A stretch of 64,000 nucleotides of DNA. It comes from Mobula hypostoma (taxonomy: Eukaryota). Numbering within the stretch: the first letter of the stretch is position 1; every line of letters begins with the position of its first letter. The stretch is taken from positions 44,828,001-44,892,000 of the forward strand of contig NC_086097.1 of NCBI RefSeq assembly GCF_963921235.1, read 5' to 3'. Shown here in pieces: positions 38,653 through 51,529 of this stretch. The translations under genes and the position numbers were made by a program. The notes beneath the pieces are model-generated. The model saw only the letters and a program-made list of their open reading frames with translations. It searched no databases and was not told where the DNA came from.

Positions 38653-40841
38653 TATGAATACTGACGGGACTGAAGAGATAACTCATTGCCCTTCAATATT
38701 GTTGCAAATCTCTATATCTCTAAGACAGGATTTAATTAATATTTAATGTATTATTGGAAAGGCAGAACTTCTGAACACAAAGAACAACCTCAGGACAACA
38801 CTGCACAATTAACTAAGATTTTTATTCCCAAGTCATCTGAAAGGCAATTGAACCCATAATTTTTACTCTGAAGCAAGAATGCTATAAATTATGACTCACA
38901 CAAGAACGAGACTTACAGATGCATACTCACATTTTTATACATATATAGCATTAGAAGTAATGTTAAGAGTAACAGAATGCATGTTTATCATATAATACCA
39001 TATTCAAAAAATCAAAAAGAATGTCAAGGTTATTAAAATAAAAATAATTCCATGATGAATACCCGTGATATTGTACATCCATTCATTAACAACTATAGAG
39101 GAGTATTAACTTGGTTGTTGTGTTGTGCATAATAATATATTTCATCAAGGAAATACCCAGGATAGAGGAATTGAGTGCTTCCAAACATGCCATCACATGA
39201 CCTACAGTGTGCAAGGTTTAGGAGAAGCCAGTGATGAGGGAAAAGGATTATGGATCTTGAGGGATGTCTGGCTGAAGTCAGATATTAGCAAGTGATGTGT
39301 CAGAGCCCTACAATTGGCACATGGTGGGAGGGTGAAACTGGCACTGGGATTGGTTACTGTAGTCTAGGCATTGGGAAAGAGTTGCTACCTTAAGAATCAC
39401 TACCTTAGCAGTCTAAGAATCACTACCTTAAATTGGAGGAGACCAAAGGAAAGTGGAGCAGGAAAGACACAGAGATACTCAGGGTGGACCTATTTAAATT
39501 GAGCAGCTCTAGATCAAGCAAGGCAATTAAAGCTTGGTTGGTCAGAATTTGTCCAATAGTAAGTGCATTTCATAACCCTGTGACCTAATTTTTCCCAGTG
39601 ATGCTCTGATTTTGTACGTATTGCCTATAACTGGGATAAACCAGGTCAGGGATAAGTCTCTCTTGAACAAGTGGATAGGCCTGTAGGCAATAAGCAATAC
39701 ATGAAAAAGATAGGGTTTGATGTAGCACCAACATAATTATGGTCCACATAAAATTATGGATTTTATATGCTTAGCAGTGAAAAGTGGCTGCCCTACAGAC
39801 CTCACCAAACTTCATCTTTCCAGGCCTGTTCCCATGAGTACTGTTGGCAGTGTTCCTCACTGTACGTTTGGAAAGTCGACAAGTCAAAAGTAAATAATAT
39901 TGATGGTTGTCAAAGTTCCCTGAGAGAGTTCCATTAAGAATATTCATGAAATTGTAACACTTTCAATTCCATGATGGAATAATACTTCCCAAAGATTTTC
40001 TGCTAAATTAGTTCCTTATTTCAACAGCAGTGCAGAAATGTTATTAAAACAAAATTAATTAAAAGTAGAACTGCATATTTAAATATGATTAAATAACACA
40101 GCTGAACAATCAGAAGATAGTTTTCTAAGCATAGAGTGCAGGCTATATTTGAAGAAAGAACAAACTTATGATTAGTTTGAAAATGATTAGCAATCTGACA
40201 ACAATGCTGGGAATTAAGGTATTTTCAACTTAGTTTCTTGAATTTGATCTCTTCAATACATAACACTCTCCTGTGGAAATTTACAAATTTGTGCTCAACA
40301 AAAAAGTTAACTATGAAATAATTGTATTATTGGTCATACAGTCTGTTACTAAAAACAAATCAATGAAAAAAGAAATATTGTGGCAGCAATGGACCAAATA
40401 AAATGAAAATAAGGTAGAAATTGGCAGCAATATTAATAAAACATGGTCCACTAATGACTCCTCTATTGCTGGATTTTTCTGCTAACCTCAGAGATCAGGT
40501 TAGCCACGAGTATTTACTGCAAGTCCCGGGAATCCTTCAGTTATTTTAAATATAAATGCTTCCACCACACCTCTATTTCCTTCTGTCAGATCTACAGTAT
40601 CTCCATCATATCTACTCCGATGGAGGACTTGCCAAGATGATCTTTCTTTTTACTTAACTCTAGCCTTCCCTCTACTATAGATAACATGGCTCTATAGATC
40701 ACACCTCAACTATGTCTTGCACCTATGCTTTCACCTGATCTCCTTCCAGCCCAAGTAAGGATAGCATTCTCCTTAATATTGTACCAGCTTCTACATTCAC
40801 CAAGTCTTACTTTAAAATTTAGATCCCACAGTCATAAAAAT

Positions 40842-42125
40842 TAGAACAGTACAACACAGTACATGTGTTGTGCCAATGCTTTAATCTATTCCTAGATCAA
40901 TCTAACCCTTCCCTCCAACATAGCCCTTTGTTTTTCTTTTATCCATGTGCCCATCTAAGAGTCTCTTAAATGTCCCTAATGTGTCTGCCTCTACCACCAC
41001 CTCTGAGAGCACATTCCATGCACCTACCATTCTACGTGTAGAAAACCTACCTCTGATATCCCCCCATACATTCCTCCAAATTCCTGACAGTTATACCACT
41101 TCACATTAGCTATTTCTGCCCTGAGAAAATGTCTCTGGCTGTCCATTCTATCTATGCCTCTTATCAACATGCACAACTCTATCAGGTCACCGTTTATCCT
41201 CCTTTGCTCCAAAGAGAAAACCCTAACTCATTCAACCTATCCTCATAAGACATGCTCTCCAGGCAGAACCCTGGTAATTTTCCTCTACACCTTCTTTAAA
41301 GCTTCACCATCCTTCATATAATAAGGCAACCAGAACTGAACACGATATTGCAAGTGTGGTCTGACCAGAGTTTTATAGAGCTGCAACATACCTCACGGCT
41401 CTTGAATACAATCCCCTGACTAATACAGACCAGCACACTATACACTTTCTTAACCAACTTGTGCGGCAACTTTCAGTTATCTATGGACGTGGACCCCAAG
41501 ATCCCCCTGTTCCTTCACACTGTTGAATCCTGCCATTAACTTGTACTCTGCCTTTAAGTTTGACATTCCAAAGTGAATCACTTCACACTTTTCTGGATTG
41601 AACTCCATCTACCACTTCTTAGCCAAGTTCTGTCTACTATCAATGTCCCTCTTATACCTACAATAACCTTCTACACTATCCATAACACCACCAACCTTCA
41701 TATCATCTGCAAACTTAATAACCCACCTTTCCCCTTTCTCATCCAGGTTGCTTATTAAAATCTCAAAGAGCAGGGGTCCTGCAGAACACCACTGGTCACT
41801 AACCTCCATGCAGAATGTGCTCTGTTACCATCCTCTGCCTTTTGTGGGCAAGGCAATTCTGAATCTATGCAGCCAAGTCTCCCTGGATCCCATGCCTCCT
41901 TACTTTTTGAATGGGTCTACCATAGGGAACTGGTCAAGTGCCTTAACAAAATCCATATACACCAAATTCACTGCTCTGCCATCATTGATATGTTTTGTCA
42001 CTTCCTCAAAAGAACTCAGTGAGGCTCGTGAGACATGATCTGTCCCCCCATAAAGCTACGTTGGCTGTTTCTAATCAAACTATGCTTCCCCAAATGCTTA
42101 TAAATCTTGTCTCTAAGAATCCGCA
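40842..42125 (-). mobile_element. CR1 LINE, 5'-truncated
   Basis: ORF 41609-41809 (VIKFADDMKVGG) and ORF 41024-41212. Confidence 0.88.
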
Positions 42126-43204
42126 TTTTTCAGGCTAGTGTGGATAGGTTCAGCAGATTTTCTTCCTGAGAGAGCATGCTATAGATGATATGTTATGACA
42201 ATGTGGTAATTTCACAGTCATTACTACTGATAACAATGTATTCATCCTATAAATTTGGCTTTTAACTCAAATCTCTGGATAAATGGGCATGCCTCCTGAT
42301 AACTATTCCTGTAATAGAATCATTGTGGTACTATAACCAACAAAGGAGTTCCATTAAGTAAAAATAGTTTTGCTTCTTCTCTGAACATTTTTAAAAAATA
42401 CACTGCATGGGTGATTTAATATGCCTTTTATATCATAGCTTATTATATTAATTATCCATGGAAATCTGATAATCTAATAGCAAAAGTGCTTAAGTATATT
42501 CACAGTATGACATGCTATCAACCAATCAACAACACAGCTATTCGTAGAATTCATGCAAATAGCGGCCAGCAATCTAGCAGCTTTTTCAGTGTTAAAATAT
42601 TTTATGCTCTCAATTTCTGCTTCTTTAGATGATGCTTTCACGACTTACCAATGCTACAGGTCAAAATGGGATCCATCTGAAGTGCTGTTCATAGCCAATT
42701 CCCAATTGCAGCCTTTTCCAAAAGTTTATATTTTTAAATAATCCTGAATGATTTCCTGTACTCCCTGAGGCTGCTTACACTGTAGAATTGTGCAAGTATC
42801 CCACTCATATTTACACAACCAATAACAGAATTAGTTGTTTCCATTTGTGTTAAATGCAAATACTAATGCACCATCAATTTGTTTAAAGGTTTTTAATATA
42901 CAATTATTTGTCACTTATGACATAGATTATGTTTGTCACGGTCAACATTACCGTAAAAAGATTTCTCCTTGGGTAAATATAAATATAGAACACATACATT
43001 CTATGTGCAACAGACAGAGCATCAACGAGGGCAAAGTGTAAAATAAAAGCATTTATTTTTGCCTCAGGTGGATGTGTATTGGATATCCATTATGTTTCAT
43101 TAATCATGTTCAGCTATAAAATAGTTATGGGTAAAGGAATGGTAATCCAGAAGGCTAATTGTTTAAGAGAAAAACTAGGAAAAAGAAGAAATAATTCAAG
43201 AACA

Positions 43205-43405
43205 AGTAACACACACAAAATGCTGGAGGAACTCAGCATGCCATGCAGCACCTATAGAAAAGAGTAAACAATCAACTTTTTGGGCTCAGACCCTTCATCA
43301 GTACTCACAAACACCTAAATGTCAACTGTTTACTCTTTTCCATAGATGCTGCCCAGCCTGCCAAGTTCCTCCAGCATTTTGTGTGTGTGCTGCTTTGAAT
43401 TTCCA
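43205..43405. mobile_element. Penelope-derived inverted pLTR pair (hairpin)
   Basis: acacacaaaatgctggaggaact...aagagtaaaca is inverted against tgtttactctt...agttcctccagcattttgtgtgt. Confidence 0.8.
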
Positions 43406-43439
43406 ATATTGTTATACAAAAAGAAAGTGAAACTCTGGA

Positions 43440-45700
43440 GGAAAGAAGTTGCTTTTATTGCAATTTTGGAGATGTATTTCTGAGGACTGCCTCAATACTG
43501 TGTAGGATGTCCTTTCATCTTATCAAGCATGGTAAATGACATAGCTAGGAAAAGAGATATGGTCCTGAAGAGTGAATGTAGGGAGTCAGGAAGGAAGCTA
43601 AAAAGCAGAGCCTCTAGTAACCTTTGTATTGTTACCTGTGCCATGTACCAGTGAGGGTAAGTATTGGAAGGTGTGACAGACAGATAAATGCGAGGATGAA
43701 AAGATAGTGCAGGGAATAAGATTACAGATTTGTGGATCAATGGGATCTTTTCTGGGGAAAGTGCGACTCGTATAAAAGTGATAGGTTACACCTGAACTCG
43801 AGAGGAACCAATGTCCTTGCAAGCAGGTTTGCTAGTGGGGTGTGGTGTAGCATTGCTAATCAGGGATAGTATCACAGATTTGCAAAATGGCAGGATATCA
43901 TGGAGAGATTTTCTTCTGAGTCAGTCTGGATGGAAGTCAAAAACAGGAAGGGAGCAATCACTATTGAGAATATTGTAAAAAAAAGAATTTAGATCAGCTT
44001 TATTCATCACACGTCTATCAAAATATCAAAACATACAATGAATTGTACGGAAGTATTGCCATGCTTCTCGTGCTTTCATAGCATGCACAGGACTTATAAC
44101 CTGTGTATCTTTTGGAATATACGTGGGAAGAAACTGGAGCAGCCGGATCAGAGTCAGGTTTATCATCACCAACATGTGTCGTGAAATTTGTTAACTTAGT
44201 GGCAGCAGTACAATGCAATACATAATATAGAAAATAAATAAATGAATTACAGTAAGTATATATATTTATATTATATAGTTAAATTTTAAATATTGCAGAA
44301 ATAGAAATAATAAAAAAAAGTGAGGTAGTGTTCATGGGTTCAATGTCCATTTAGAAATTTGACGGCAGAGGGGAAGAAGCTGATCCTGAATCGTTGAGAA
44401 TGCGCCTTCAGGCTTTTGTACCTCCTTCCTGATGGTGACAATGAGAAGAGGGCATGTCCTGGGTGATGGGCATCCTTAATAATGGACACCACCTTTCTGA
44501 GGCACCGCTCCTTGAAGATGTCTTGAATACCTAGGAGGCTAGTAACCATGATAGAACTGACTAATTTTACAACCTTACATAATTTTACATCACACAAACC
44601 AATCTTCCGTCCTTGGACTCACTTTACAGCGCATGCTGTCGGAGCAGTGCTGCCAAGATAATCAAGGACGCGACCCACCCAGCCAACACACTTTTCGTCC
44701 CTCTTCCCTCTGGGAGAAGGCTCAGGAGCTTGAAGGCTGTAACGGCCAGATTTGGAAACAGCTTCTTTCCAACTGTGATAAGACTGCTGACGGATCCTGA
44801 CTCGGATCTGGGCCGTATCCTCCAAATATCCAGACCTGCTTATTGTTTTTTTTTTGCACTACCTTACTTCCCATTTTTCTATTTTCTATTTATGATTTCT
44901 AATTTAAATTTTTAATATTTATTATCGATTTGTAATTCAGGGAGTGGGAAGCGCAGAATCAAATATCGCTGTGATGATTGTACGTTTTAGTATCAATTGT
45001 TTGGCGACAATAAAGTATAACTTTCTGTAGCTTCTTTTGATCCTGTGTAGTAGCCGCCCCCCCCACCGCCCCCCATACCAGACAGTGTCAGAATTCTCTC
45101 CATGGTACATCTGTAGAAGTTTTCAAGTCAGAGGGAAAATACACAAACTTCTTACGGACAATGGTGGGGATTCAAATCCTGACTGCTGCTGCTCTAAGAC
45201 AGTATGCTAACTGCTACACTACCGTGACACCTGCTCTACAGATCCCTGCACCACCCAGCAGCAACACAGAACACTGAGGATTAGACTAGGAGGCAGTGCA
45301 AAATAGTAAAAGTGTAAAAATAACAGGGTTGTTGTGAGGTTTTGGGAAGATTTGTCTCATGGTTGTTCGGGGGTAGAACATTCAGTCAAGAGGAGACAGG
45401 AATCATACTTCACATTTAGAATGCAGAAAATCAGACACTAGAGAGTTACAAGGTATCCAAGAAAAAGCTTAAGAACTTAGGAGAGCTAGAAGGGGAGATG
45501 AGAAGGCCTTGGTGAGTAGGATTATGGAAAATGCCAAGATGTTCTATATGTATGCAAAGAACAGGAGGGTGACTACAGTGAGATCAGGGCTGAGGTCAGA
45601 GATAACACGTGCTGGGGGCAGAGGAAGTAGGAGAGGTACTTAATGAATACTTTGCTTCTGTGTTCACCAGGGAGAGGGACATTAATGAATGTGAGATCAG
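43440..45700. mobile_element. Nested cluster: CR1 (+) containing V-SINE (-) containing Rex/Babar (-) containing a young Rex/Babar (+, about 44588-45020)
   Basis: CR1 APE text resumes at about 45230. SINE core at about 44060-44145 and tRNA head at about 45130-45230. ORFs 44340-44597 (-) and 44613-44915 (+) both carry the LPSGRR-type motif. Confidence 0.7.
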
Positions 45701-47354
45701 ATGACCTCAAATTCATTGAGGTCTCTGTGGGACTCCCAAACCCCATGCATTATGAACATATGAACCTGCCCAACAGAGGAACTAATGGGCTATTGCAGAA
45801 CAGCCTCTATATTTTACTGAGGAATTGACTGATCTGAATGAACAGCCTGAAATTGAGCACTGTTCTGAAATACAAGCCTCCAGCAGTTCTATGAAACGCT
45901 TGCAATTTTTAAAGCAAGATGCAATGACTAGCTGCCGATCCCATCGGTTGAACAGTCAGCTGCCACTGCAATTGAAGGACACTGTGTTTTTACACTGTTT
46001 TTGTGATTGTATTTTGTTTTTGAGGTGAAAAACATATAAGAGCTATGACCTCACTATAATATCAATGCAATATTCAGTGCATCATATGAGTAGGTTTGCT
46101 TACTCAGAGTGTTCTCGGAGTAGATCTCTGTGAAAGTACATGAAAAGCTCATCTCCCTGAGGTTAATATAGTTAATTTACCTTACTTAAAATTAAAGCTG
46201 TTCTTTCTTTGTAACTAACCTCAGCATGCTTACTATTACAGAGAAAACAGTTCAGGTAAATATAAAGAAATCATTCTAAGTGATTACTCTGGGACACATC
46301 AAAGTTCCTCCCAAGAAACACACACAAAAAAGCTGGAAGAACTCAACAGGTTAGGCAGCATCTATGCAAATGAATAAGCAGTCAATGTTTCATGCTGAGA
46401 CCATTTTTTCAGGACTTGAAAAGTTTCAATTAATTTGAGTCAAGTGCAAGCAGACTGGACTAGGTTAGGATTTGTCCATAAGACCATAAGACGTAGGAGC
46501 ACAACTAGGTCATTCAGCTCACTGAATTTGCTCTCATTCAATCATGGCTAATTTATTCTCCCTTTGAATCCCATTCTCTTGTCTTCTCCCTGTAATCTCG
46601 AATGCCCTAACTGATCAAGGTACTATCAACATCCACTTCAAATATACCCAATGACTGGCTGCATCATAGCTTGATATGGAGAATCTAACCCACAAGATCA
46701 TAAGAGGCTGCAGTTCTATCACGGGTTCAACCCTCCTTTCTGCCATCAGGGGCTTTTCGAGAGGTGTTGTCCCAAGGTGGCATCATCCATCCTTAAGAAC
46801 TCCCCATTATATAGGGGTATACCCTCGTCACCTGACTACCATGGCAGTGGGGGGTGGTAGTATAGGTGCTGAAAGACCCACATTCAATGTTTTAAGATTA
46901 TTCTCCTCTACCATCAGATTTCAGAAGGGTTTGTGAACCTATGATGATACCTCATTATTCATCTTTTACACTATTTATTTTTGTAACAGAGTAATTTTTA
47001 CGTTCTGCTCCATACTGCTGTCGCAAAATATTGAATTCTAAATTCATTGAATGCACAGACAGCTTTTTAAGTCCTCCCTCTTGGGTAACTGTTGGATATT
47101 TGTACGGCTGGATTGTTACATACCAATTTAATTAAATACTCTAATCTGTTTTTGCTAGCTATTGATCCAGAGACATTTGTGCCAGGGTCAAAGAGTTCTA
47201 CAGCAGGAAACCTTATCCACACTGAATGTATGAGGAGCGTTTGATGGCTCTGGGCCTGTACTCACAGGAATTTAGAAAAAAGGGCAGTCCTTTTGAACCT
47301 ACTGAATATTGAAAGGTCTAGATAAAGTGGATGTTGAGAGGATGTTTCCAATAA

Positions 47355-49020
47355 GGAAGTTGAGGATCCCGTTCAGGTGGAGTTAAAGAAGCCCGGGTTT
47401 TGAAGCTTGTTGATTAGTACTGAGGGGATGATGGTGTTGAATGCTAAACTGTAATTCATAAACAGCAATCTGGAATATATGTTGCTGCAGTCTAGGTGGT
47501 CTGAAGTGTGGTGGAGAACTAGTGAGATTGTGTCTACTGTAGATTTGTTGTGGTGAATCCAGATCCTTGCGTAGGCAGGAGTTAACTCTAGCCATTACCA
47601 ACTTCTCAAAGCACTTCATCACAGTAGATATGAGTAATAGTCGTTGAAGCTGCTTACCCTGTTCTTCTTGGGCAGTGGTATGATTGATGCTCTTTGAAGC
47701 AGATGGGAACCTCAAACTGCAGCACAGAGAGATTGAAGATGTCCTTGAATGTTCCAGTTAGTTGGTTGGCACAGGTTTTCAGTGTCCTACTAAGTACACC
47801 ATTGGGACCTGTTGCTTTCTGAAGCTTTACCCTCTTAATGGATGTTCTGATGTTAATTTCCAAGACAGAGATTACAGGGTCAGCAGAAGCTGTGGGGATT
47901 CACACAGGGGTATGTTATTCTCTCTTACAAAGCATGCAAAAAAAAAGGCATTGAGCTCATCAAAGAGTGAAGCATCACGGTGGCTGTTTGCGCTGTTAGG
48001 TTTTGCCTTATAGAAAATCATGGCATACAGTCTTCTGCAGCTGTCATGCATCCATTTGTGTCTCTAACTTCACATGGAATTGTCTTTTTGCCCTCACAAT
48101 GGCCTTCTGTAGGATGTACCAGGACTTTTTGTAGAGTTCTGGATTGCCGGTCTTGAACACTACAGATATAGCCCTCAGCAGACTGCACATCTCCCATTTT
48201 ACACAAATCTTCCAATATGGGTATGCCTGGTAGCTTCTTGAAGGCACACATGCATCCATGCAGGTCTTGATGAAGCTGATAATGTCTGCGGCTTATCCCT
48301 TCAGATCCACAGTCGAATCTCTGAATATGGTCTGGTCCACCAATTCAGTCCACCACTTCTCTGCCTCCCGTGGCCATACCTTTGCTGTCCTCACCATTGG
48401 TGCTCGGGTCCTCAGTCTCAGCCTATATGCAGGGAGTAGAAGTTCATTCAGGTGATTGGACTTGACAAGGTGCAGTTGCGGGATGGCATGGTAGGCATTC
48501 TTGATGGTGGTGTAACAGTGATCAAATGTGTTGTGCCTTCTGGTTCCATAAGTAACATGTTGGTGGTAGTCTGTCAGAGACTTCTTTAAGCTAGCCTAGT
48601 TGAAGACCCCCGAAGGCATCAGGGGCACATTGTCTTATGACTGCCTATCACAGAGCTTAGCTTCTTCAGTACTAACGATGTCAGCCAGGGGTGGAATGTA
48701 CACCACTACTAGGGTAACACTGGAGAACTTCCACTGTAGGCTGAGCAGACGGCACTTGACTGTCAAATGTTCCAGGTTGGAGGAGGAGGACAGAGACAGA
48801 ACTGCCACATCTATGCTCAATGATGATGAATTATGAAGCAAATACTGCCTCCTATATCTTTACCCGATGCTGCCTTTCTGTTCAGGTAGTGAAAGGTGAA
48901 GCCCTCAGGCTGGACTGCAGTGTCGGGAATGCTAGGGTGTGCCATGTTTCTATGAAGCAGAATACATAACAGTCCCTGATGTCCCTCTGGCACTGCAGTC
49001 TTGCTCTGAGATCTTCCATG
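47355..49020 (-). mobile_element. Rex/Babar-type LINE, APE + RT N-terminal region
   Basis: LEHLTVKCR...VVVYIPP (ORF 48635-48841), KATGPNGVLSRTLKTCANQL and VMKCFEKLV. Confidence 0.85.
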
Positions 49021-50377
49021 TTACAGTTAATTGCTTAACTGTTCCTCAAGGTTTGTGTGTCAGCTATTCTTTCCACTCACCTGGCTGAGAAGTACTTAAT
49101 TAGCACTCCATAAATTCACTACTAACCTGGAGAATGCAGCCCAAACTCATTCAGTGATGCACCCATCTAATTTCTCCATCAGAGGGAACAGGGTCTGCTG
49201 TGTATATGATAAAGGATGCACTGGCAACAATTTGCAAAGGTTCTTTGGCATCTCCTTTAAATTCACAACTGCTGTACAGCTTAAGCAGACTGTAGAGATA
49301 AATCAATGTTGCTAAATGTTTGCCCATCACTCATTTCCTTCCTTCTTTATTCAACACTGTGAGCGAGCTTTGGGACATTTGAACGTTTGGCTCAACATTT
49401 TCCTACGCATATTTCCCCAAAGCAAACTGTAGTTTTCCCAGTCACAGAACCATGCATTAGAAGTGGTATGTTCTCAGTTCCCCAAATCCCATTGACATCT
49501 ACAAACAACATGTAGCTTGGCAACCTAAATATATCTTGAGCTGGTGAGTAAAGATCCTGCTATATGTAATAGAATTTAGTAAAAGAAGCCACTTCCTTCC
49601 TGGCATTGTATACACTCAAACTGGCACTCTCTATATTGACTTCAAAATCTGGCAGAAATTTTGCAGCCATTCCCAAATGGATCAGTTGTTCCAGCGCTGG
49701 CATAAGCAGAGGACCACAGGAGGGCTGAGTCAAGCAACAATGAAAATTCAGTCCGGTAATCAGTAATGACCCTTAATTTTACACATTTTGGTTCCTTCAA
49801 TTATTTTTGTCTTTCAGATGGAATCACAGCTTCACAGGGCTTTATCCACTTTAAATCTACAGTGGAGTATTCCACATAATTGTAAAGGAAATATCAAAAA
49901 ATTGTCTCCTTGCCGAGAATTTAAATAATCTATTAAATTTGTGAATTTTTCTGTTCAGTAAGAGAATATATTGAACAGTAATTTCTGGAGTACTTAGTAC
50001 AATTTAAAAAATGCAAAATATTTTTCAGATAAACATACTATGTAATTGTAAACATACATAAGTAAAACAGCAACATTCCAGTGACCTTTGCCAAACCACA
50101 GGCATAAATAACATTGCTGATTTTTACAATGTTTATACATGTTCTGTGAAAATGTAACTTCACTTACAGAAAATGCACACTAAACAGGACTTGTTCACTC
50201 TATTAATATGCATGAAATAATGAATCTTCTTCATTTATGTGGAACATTGGAGAGGAACATATTTATCAACCACACATATTTAAATGGAAATGTTGAGGCA
50301 AAAAGGCCTCCAACATAATGAGGACATATCCAAGGAATGTGAAGGTTTCCCATTATTTTTTTTCCAATGTCCTTGTT

Positions 50378-50378
<1 letters not shown>

Positions 50379-50422
<44 letters not shown>
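50379..50422. repeat. (CA)22 microsatellite
   Basis: Perfect dinucleotide run read directly. Confidence 0.97.
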
Positions 50423-50427
<5 letters not shown>

Positions 50428-50634
50428 AAGGCACTGTCTGAATCATTACCAAAAATCCTCTATGTATATTTTTAGACATAACTCCAGAATAATTAGTTAG
50501 AAGGACATATTTAGAATAACTCCAGTGAAAATTGTCAATGTGTCATTTATTAAGTAATAGTTGATGAAGAACAATTTTTGGATCAAGAGCATAATAGACA
50601 AACAGTGCTGGCCCTGAAAATCATAAGAACATAT

Positions 50635-51529
50635 TGTTACGTAAACGGCAACAATGAATATCAATCAAGACAGGTTATATAAAAACAACCAAACACTTAT
50701 TAACCACGGAGAAACGATAAGGAAAAAAACAAACCAAAACTTTAACCGGAATTTAACCGATATGCAGTCGTTCAACAACTCGTCACTCGGCACTGGTTTC
50801 TTAAAGCGTTAAATGCGAAAACAGTTCATAAAGCGATAAAGTCAGATATAGTTCTTAAAATGGTAAATTCAAAAGTCTAACAGATTTACACGTTCAATTG
50901 GGAGAGACTTCTCTGGAGAAGGATTTCTTCATAGACGCAACTTTCCTGCTGGTTCTGTCCACAGGATTCACGATGCCGAAAATAAACAGTTTAAAACAAC
51001 TGACCGTAATTTCCTTTTAGATAGAGAGAGAGCAAACCTTTGCATGAACTCTTTGCTCTCTTGGCGAGAGTTATCTCGATGCAGGTCGCTACTCCTTCAA
51101 CGAAGACTCAATAAGGTCAATCCTTTGTTAAACTGCTAAACGATGCCGACTCCTCTCGATCCTTCGGTCCTGTCCTTTGATAAAGTCTTCACTCTCCCGT
51201 ACTACTACTGAAATTGAGTAAATCAGCACATCTACCCAAAAATTTCCAGTCCAATAATATTGTATCTTGCAATCGAATGCAACACTCCATTTTAAAAATG
51301 AAACTGCGCCACAAAACAAACACGCAACAGAAACAGAGACACAGCACGTTCTACCTGGAAATCTACAAACCAAAAACTAACTGTGTTATCTGGGGTCGAC
51401 CCTTACATACCCATGGTGCACATGTCATCATGTGACCTCACATCAGCAGGAAAATCACATCAGGTGACCTCCAAAAGACCATTACATCATTCTCACAAAA
51501 AAAACACAGATCTCCTTGAGCATGGAACA
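50635..51529 (-). mobile_element. Solo LTR (about 895 bp), probably Gypsy-type
   Basis: TGTT...AACA termini, CpG-rich, no coding remnant; flanks atat/ataa. Splits a CR1 tail (cataagaacata...aaataggagcagg). Orientation inferred from minus-strand TATA-like and polyA-like signals. Confidence 0.75.

Noticed and set aside
39391..39431. Short tandem duplication taagaatcactacctta (similar ones near 17690 and 50470)
   Set aside because: Two-copy slippage duplications; not CRISPR-like or functional arrays.
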